Shown here one piece after another: positions 15,112 to 20,000 of a DNA stretch of 20,000 bases. The notes under the pieces are model-generated. The model had not been told where the DNA came from. It saw only the letters and a list, made by a program, of their open reading frames with translations, and made no database searches. The number at the start of each line of letters is the position of its first letter. The first letter of the stretch is position 1. Made by a program: the position numbers and the translations under genes. Source of the DNA: an uncultured virus (IMG/VR IMGVR_UViG_3300045391_004154) (taxonomy: Duplodnaviria; Heunggongvirae; Uroviricota; Caudoviricetes); IMG/VR virus record IMGVR_UViG_3300045391_004154. One strand, given 5' to 3'.

Positions 15112-17132
15112 TGATTCCGAACCTGAATTCACTGGCGCGCCTGGCGTTTGACGGCTGGAGCGAGAGCGAGCATCCTCGCGCCAGCAACGGTCAGTTTGGC
15201 TCGGGCGGCGGCAGCGGCCCCAAGATGCGCGACTACGCGCCCAAAGAGCTGGACTGGGAATATGACGTGGAATACGGCAAGTATTCCAAGCATGCCTTCC
15301 CCGACGCGTTCAAGTCGCGCGACGACTTCCAGCAGAAGTTTGATGCGGCGCCGATGCGCCCGCTCACGGAGGCGGAGTTCAGGGGGCTGGGCAATTCGAT
15401 GGCCGCAGCTGGCATTGGAAAGAATGAGAAGTGGGTGCACGAGAATTTCTCGCATCGCCGCGACAGCAGGCGCATCATCGATGCCCTGAAGAACGGTGAG
15501 ACGGCGCCGCCGATCGTGCTCAAGAGCGGCAAGCGCCTGCGGTTGATGGCGGGACAGACCCGCCTGGCGGCCGGCGCCGCACTCGGAATGAGCGTGCCGG
15601 TGAAGATCATTGACGTGGGACCAGGCGGCCAGGCCAGCGATGAGGCCGACTTCAAGGAGTCGCAGCACCCGCGCGATAAGGATGGCAAGTTCACGAGCGG
15701 TGGCGGCAGCTCCGGCACGGGCCCGAGCAACATGAACAAGCCGGTGCAGGTCTCCACCACGATCGGCCAGCCGCTGAGCAAGGCCGGGTTCAAGAAGGTG
15801 AAGCAGCCAGGCCCGAACGGATCGGTGACGTATTTCCATCCCAGTGGAGTGAAGGTGCACGTGCACCCGGCACCCGAGGGCAAGAAGTATTCCAGCAAGT
15901 GGACGCACGAGGCCGAGGGCCAGCAGACGGCTGGAGAGGGTTCCAAGCTGGAGCAGCTGCTGAGCAAGCTGGTGCAGAAGGCGGAAGCGGCGAAGCCGGC
16001 GACATCAGAGAAAAGCGGAACTCCCGCGGAGCAGGCCGAGAGCGCGCTGAATAAAGCGGGCTGGGAAAATAATAGCTTGCTGTCAACCCCGATGGTTGCC
16101 GCGTATAAAAATCCGAATAGCGACTCCACCTTCTACGTGAACAAGGTGGACGGAAGCTGGTTCAAGGTACTACCGACCGGGAAGACCGTTGGCGGTGAGA
16201 ACCTGGGAGAACTACAGGCAAAGCTGGGGCAGCAAAAAGCTGAACTAGCACCAGCGCCGCTTGACGGTGCGACCGTTGCCGCGGTGAAGGCCTCGGGCGA
16301 GATGCTCAAGGACAAGGGCTACAAGCCGCTGGAGGTGAACGGCACGACCGTCATCTATGAAAAGAATTTGCCCGGCCAGCCTGGAAATGGCAAGGTAAAA
16401 TATGATGCCAAGACCCACGAGTGGGTAGCGCAGACACACGGTCACATGACCAAGGAGGGAAAGGGTTTAAACGAGCTCGACCTCCTTCTAGGTGGCAACG
16501 GCATTCCGGCTGGTGTCAAGAACTCGCAGCAGACCATCCAGACCCAGGCCGAGTTGGCGCAGCAAACGGAAGCGCAGAAGAAGGCACAGGCGGCGCAGAA
16601 GGAACACAATACCCTCAAGAGCACCTATCACAAGCTCGTGGCGCAGGCTCCGCATCCGACCGCGACGCAGCAGAACGCCATCAGCAAGTACAGTGGCAAC
16701 GGGTATCATCAGTGGAACGACAAGCTCCGCCACGATCCGAACTTCGCCAAGAGCGATCCACTGACCAAGCACCTGGACGACTACCTCAACAACGCGGTGT
16801 TTGAGGAGGACTTCACGGTAACGCGCAAGGTCGATGGCGATTATGCCAAAATCCTCAAGAGCATCATCTTCGAGGGCACGAAGTTCATCGATCGCGGCTA
16901 TATCAGCACCAGCGCCACCGGCCAATGGAGCGGCAGCTTCAAGTTTGTCATTAGCATCAAGAAGGGTCAGCGCGGCGCGGCGATCGGCAAGTGGTCGCAC
17001 CATCCGTCCGAGGATGAGGTGCTGCTGCCACGCAATTCGGCCTTCGTCGTCAAGAGCTACGACCACGGCAGCGGCACCGTGCACGTTGATTTGGACCAAA
17101 GCCACTTTGAGGAAATGAAGAAGGCGGCATGA
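15111..17132 (+). CDS. Multidomain effector: tag, ParB/Srx-like domain, second tag, three repeats, VIP2/Alt-like ADP-ribosyltransferase
   Basis: 673 aa. ParB-like PPIVLKSGKRLRLMAGQTRLAA. ART features: AISKYSGNGYHQWNDKLR, catalytic R (VTRK, 16824), STS (16905-16913) and ExE (SEDEVLLPRN, 17010-17018). Confidence 0.9.
   Translation: MIPNLNSLARLAFDGWSESEHPRASNGQFGSGGGSGPKMRDYAPKELDWEYDVEYGKYSKHAFPDAFKSRDDFQQKFDAAPMRPLTEAEFRGLGNSMAAAGIGKNEKWVHENFSHRRDSRRIIDALKNGETAPPIVLKSGKRLRLMAGQTRLAAGAALGMSVPVKIIDVGPGGQASDEADFKESQHPRDKDGKFTSGGGSSGTGPSNMNKPVQVSTTIGQPLSKAGFKKVKQPGPNGSVTYFHPSGVKVHVHPAPEGKKYSSKWTHEAEGQQTAGEGSKLEQLLSKLVQKAEAAKPATSEKSGTPAEQAESALNKAGWENNSLLSTPMVAAYKNPNSDSTFYVNKVDGSWFKVLPTGKTVGGENLGELQAKLGQQKAELAPAPLDGATVAAVKASGEMLKDKGYKPLEVNGTTVIYEKNLPGQPGNGKVKYDAKTHEWVAQTHGHMTKEGKGLNELDLLLGGNGIPAGVKNSQQTIQTQAELAQQTEAQKKAQAAQKEHNTLKSTYHKLVAQAPHPTATQQNAISKYSGNGYHQWNDKLRHDPNFAKSDPLTKHLDDYLNNAVFEEDFTVTRKVDGDYAKILKSIIFEGTKFIDRGYISTSATGQWSGSFKFVISIKKGQRGAAIGKWSHHPSEDEVLLPRNSAFVVKSYDHGSGTVHVDLDQSHFEEMKKAA
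15141..15203 (+). repeat. Dispersed coding repeat, copy 2 (LAFDGWSESEHPRASNGQFGS)
   Basis: Matches 11430-11492. A third, diverged copy (QASDEADFKESQHPRDKDGKFTSGGG) lies at 15630-15707. Confidence 0.9.
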
Positions 17133-18619
17133 TTGAAATACATCTAGTCGACAAGCAGTGCGTGATCATGGGACGCCCGGACCTGGGCGGCTTTCCCAAT
17201 CCCTTTGCCGCGCTCAAGGCGGCGGAGCTGCTCGGCATGGACGAGATGCCGAACCGCACCATCGATCGCGATGGCCGCATGCACGTGCGCACCTCGAAAA
17301 TCTCGAAGGCGAACGTCTGCGACTATTACGGCCGAGAGATTCCGAACTGGGACAAGCTGGGCCTGGACCCGCTGCGCAAGTACCGGCTGCTCCGTCATCC
17401 GGACGAGCTTGCCAAGGCCGCGGCGACCTTCAACAATCTGCCGATCCTCATTCAGCACAAGCACGTGACGGCCGACGATCACCAGCCGCACCTGATCGTG
17501 GGCACGACGGGCTCGGATGCCCGCTATGAGCACCCGTATCTGAAGAACGGCACGAGCTTCTGGGCCGGCGGCGCCATCGATGGCGTCCGCACCGAAGCCA
17601 TGAATGAGCTTTCCAGTTCTTACCATTACCGTCCGGACATGACCCCGGGTGAGTATGAGGGAGAGGCCTACGATGGAGTAATGCGCGATATCGTAGGAAA
17701 CCATGTCGCATTGGTCCGTGATGGACGAGCCGGGGACGACGTCGTCGTCGGCGACAGCAAACCAGAGGAGTATCTTATGAGCAAGACTGTGTTGTCGCGC
17801 ACGGCTCTCTACGCCGCGGGGGCCTTGCAGGCCCTCATCGGTGCGAAGCTGGCGATGGATGAAAAGCCGATTGACACCTCGGCGGTTTTCGAGGGCGTAA
17901 CGGCCAAGAACTTCAACGAGCAGAAGCCGGTGGTCAAAACCCGGCTGATGAAGTTGCTGGAGGGCGTCAAGCTCGCCCAGGACGCCACGCCCGAGGAGCT
18001 CGCCGGCTACGCTGAAAAGATGGAGATGCCGGCGGTGCAGGAGGGCGCAGATGCGGACCCCGAAACCGGCGCGCCGCTCGATCTGGATGCGCTCAAGTCG
18101 GCCATGCACGATCCGGGTGCCTCCGACATTGACGTGGACGAAAAACGGCGCGAGTTTCTCGCAGGCAAGCTCTCCGCCGACGACATGAAGGCCTACGACG
18201 CGTTGGGCGGCGCTCCGTCCGAAGAAGCAGTGGTTGCACCCGAAAAGGAGAAAATCGAGGACATGATCACCAAGCCGGCCATGGATGAGGCCATCAAGTC
18301 TGCTACCGAAACCGCCATCGCTGGCGAGCGTCGGAACCAGCAGGCCATCCACGCCGCTCGCGAGGCGGTCGAGCCCTTTGTCGGCAAGCTCTCGCTGGCA
18401 TTCGACAGTGCACCCGATGTGTACCGCAAGGCCCTGACCATGCTGGGCGTGAAGGACGCGGAGAAAATCCACGCCGACGCGCTGCCGCACGTCCTGGCCT
18501 CGCAGCGCAAGCCGGGAGAGCGCGTCAATCACGGTCGTCCGAGCCTGGCACACGACGCCAGGCCGTCGGAGGACTTCACCACTCGCTTCGCCGGTGCCGC
18601 ACGCATCGGTGTTGCGTAA
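17129..18619 (+). CDS. Prohead protease/scaffold (DUF2213-type)
   Basis: ISKANVCDYYGREIP, RHPDELAKAAATFNNLPILIQH, ELSSSYHY and GNHVALVRDGRAG, followed by a helical/acidic scaffold-like C-terminal half. Confidence 0.9.
   Translation: MIEIHLVDKQCVIMGRPDLGGFPNPFAALKAAELLGMDEMPNRTIDRDGRMHVRTSKISKANVCDYYGREIPNWDKLGLDPLRKYRLLRHPDELAKAAATFNNLPILIQHKHVTADDHQPHLIVGTTGSDARYEHPYLKNGTSFWAGGAIDGVRTEAMNELSSSYHYRPDMTPGEYEGEAYDGVMRDIVGNHVALVRDGRAGDDVVVGDSKPEEYLMSKTVLSRTALYAAGALQALIGAKLAMDEKPIDTSAVFEGVTAKNFNEQKPVVKTRLMKLLEGVKLAQDATPEELAGYAEKMEMPAVQEGADADPETGAPLDLDALKSAMHDPGASDIDVDEKRREFLAGKLSADDMKAYDALGGAPSEEAVVAPEKEKIEDMITKPAMDEAIKSATETAIAGERRNQQAIHAAREAVEPFVGKLSLAFDSAPDVYRKALTMLGVKDAEKIHADALPHVLASQRKPGERVNHGRPSLAHDARPSEDFTTRFAGAARIGVA
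17777..18619 (+). CDS. Possible nested in-frame scaffold protein
   Basis: GAGGAG (17765-17770) lies 6 nt before an in-frame ATG (MSKTVLSR), right after the protease domain. Confidence 0.55.
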   Translation: MSKTVLSRTALYAAGALQALIGAKLAMDEKPIDTSAVFEGVTAKNFNEQKPVVKTRLMKLLEGVKLAQDATPEELAGYAEKMEMPAVQEGADADPETGAPLDLDALKSAMHDPGASDIDVDEKRREFLAGKLSADDMKAYDALGGAPSEEAVVAPEKEKIEDMITKPAMDEAIKSATETAIAGERRNQQAIHAAREAVEPFVGKLSLAFDSAPDVYRKALTMLGVKDAEKIHADALPHVLASQRKPGERVNHGRPSLAHDARPSEDFTTRFAGAARIGVA

Positions 18620-18646
18620 ACCTCGACACGAAAGGAGATACAACTC

Positions 18647-19618
18647 ATGTCGTTGGGAATTCAAACTCAGGTCGGCGCCGCCAACGTCCCCGCAATTGCG
18701 GGTGACTGGGCCTCCGGCAACCCGCGTGCGTTCTTCGATGCGGGCCCGGGTGGCCTGGTCGCGGGCCTCTCGGGACTTACCGTTGGCGTCTTTGCCTGGG
18801 CGAGCTCCGCGCGCGTCGATGGCGATGGCGCTCCGGCAATCGCCAACAACTTCGGTGCGGGAGTACCCACGGGCATTCTGCATCGTCAGCAGCAGGCCCT
18901 CATCACGACCTTCTTGGCCGATGCCTCGATGGTCGTTCCCTCCGGCATCCAGGTGGCGCTCTGCACCGCCGGTGATATCTGGGTGAAGAACGATGGCGCC
19001 ACGCAGGCGCTGCCGGGCCAGAAGGCCTATGCGAACCTCACGACCGGCAAGATCAACTTTGCCGCGACCGGGGCCGCAACGGCTGGCGCCACTTCTTCGG
19101 CGTCCACCATCGCTGCTGCAACCAGTTCCACGACTGGCTCCATCAACAACAACGTGCTGACCATCACGGCCGTGGGCTCGGGTACCGTTTACCCCGGCAC
19201 GACCATCAGCGGCACGGGCGTGGCGACCGGCACCAAGATCGTGTCGCAGCTCACCCCCCTGCTCTCGGGCGAAGCGCTGGGCGGCATTGGCCGTTACGCG
19301 GTGTCGATCCCCGAGCAGTCGGTTGCTTCCACGACCATCAGCGGCACCTATGGCCTGCTGACCGTGGGCGGCACCGTTGCGGGCACCTTCGCCGTCGGTC
19401 AGGCTCTCGCCGCGACCGGCTCGGTGGTGGCGGGCACGACCATCACGGCACTGGGCACTGGCGTCGGTGGCGCCGGCACCTATGTCGTGGACAACAACAC
19501 GGTGGTTGCCTCCCAGGCCATCAACGTGCTGGCGGTCAACGTCGAAACCCGGTGGTACGCGGTCAGCTCCGGCCTTGCCGGTGAGCTGGTCAAGATCACC
19601 TCGCATCCGGTCGGCTAA
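18647..19618 (+). CDS. Head decoration / minor capsid protein with inserted beta-rich repeats
   Basis: RBS AAAGGAG; lies between the protease and MCP genes. Contains AGDWASGNPR, GLTVGVFAW, GILHRQQQALIT, GDIWVKN and GELVKIT. Confidence 0.8.
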   Translation: MSLGIQTQVGAANVPAIAGDWASGNPRAFFDAGPGGLVAGLSGLTVGVFAWASSARVDGDGAPAIANNFGAGVPTGILHRQQQALITTFLADASMVVPSGIQVALCTAGDIWVKNDGATQALPGQKAYANLTTGKINFAATGAATAGATSSASTIAAATSSTTGSINNNVLTITAVGSGTVYPGTTISGTGVATGTKIVSQLTPLLSGEALGGIGRYAVSIPEQSVASTTISGTYGLLTVGGTVAGTFAVGQALAATGSVVAGTTITALGTGVGGAGTYVVDNNTVVASQAINVLAVNVETRWYAVSSGLAGELVKITSHPVG

Positions 19619-19645
19619 CGGCCACTCGAAAGGAGCATGAAACAA

Positions 19646-20000
19646 ATGAACTTGATTGAAGCACAAGCCCTGTTCGAGTCGGATCGTCCGCACCTCGAAG
19701 AACTGGGCATCAGCCTGCCGGCGGTGATGTCGTACCTGCCGACCGGTGCCAAGAAGAACTGGACCATCGCGTTCGATGCCCAGCCCAGCCTGACAACGGA
19801 CCCGAACTCCGCCGTGCCGGCGATGCTCACCACGATGATCGATCCCGACGTCATCAAGGTGCTGTTCTCGCCGACCAAGGCCGCCGAGATTCTCGGTGAA
19901 AAGCGCAAGGGTACCTGGCTGGATGACGTTATCATGTTCCCGGTCACCGAAGACACCGGCGAGGTTTCCTCGTACGATGACTTCGCGGAGAACGGGCGCA
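19646..20000 (+). CDS. Major capsid protein (DUF2184-type), 5' part only
   Basis: Not in the ORF track. RBS AAAGGAG is 10 nt before the ATG at 19646. MNLIEAQ...WTIAFDAQPSLTTDPNSAVPAMLTTMIDPDVIKVLFSPTKAAEILGEKRKGTW...GEVSSYDDF, open to the window end. Confidence 0.88.
   Translation, partial: MNLIEAQALFESDRPHLEELGISLPAVMSYLPTGAKKNWTIAFDAQPSLTTDPNSAVPAMLTTMIDPDVIKVLFSPTKAAEILGEKRKGTWLDDVIMFPVTEDTGEVSSYDDFAENGR

Noticed and set aside
11430..15203. The 63-bp repeat pair as att sites, IS ends or a DGR template/variable repeat
   Set aside because: Differences are mostly synonymous or conservative and not adenine-specific. No integrase, transposase or reverse transcriptase is present in the window.
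15774..15870. HicA toxin call for the first ART repeat
   Set aside because: The catalytic GSH histidine is absent (GSV) and there is no HicB partner. Kept only as a fold resemblance.
7250..17105. Minus-strand ORFs over the late operon (e.g. 7250..8125, 15233..16129, 16488..17105)
   Set aside because: Antisense shadows without motifs or RBS support.
17144..19693. 849-aa minus-strand ORF
   Set aside because: Antisense shadow of the high-GC protease, decoration and MCP genes. It has no recognisable motifs, and stop-poor reverse frames are expected with this codon bias.
1..20000. CRISPR arrays, tRNA/rRNA genes, integrase, introns or inteins
   Set aside because: I saw no regularly spaced repeats, cloverleaf-like sequences or splicing motifs. 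TerL and the helicase are of ordinary length.

Overview
The whole window is high-GC tailed-phage (or prophage) DNA with two divergent arms separated by an AT-rich control region (about 6156-6436). The left arm (minus strand) is a replication module: an AEP primase truncated at the window edge, a probable ssDNA-binding/annealing protein, a conserved replication-module protein, several small ORFs, an SNF2-like helicase and a winged-helix protein. The right arm (plus strand) is a tightly coupled late operon: NusG/RfaH-like antiterminator, TerS, TerL, DUF1073-type portal, MuF/gp7-like head protein, DUF2213-type prohead protease/scaffold, head decoration protein and the start of a DUF2184-type major capsid protein. 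Eight accessory genes sit inside the head module, including a Nudix hydrolase, two tandem Cys/His (DUF6527-like) proteins and a multidomain ParB-like/repeat/R-S-E ADP-ribosyltransferase. The main signal is a two-part peptide code. An [LIVP]-[AG]-[FMQH]-D motif recurs across the portal, MuF, protease/scaffold, capsid and accessory proteins. An ESxHPRxxxGxFxS tag follows such a site three times in accessory proteins. I infer a system for loading protease-matured effector proteins into the capsid. All family names come from motif recognition by eye, not from database searches.
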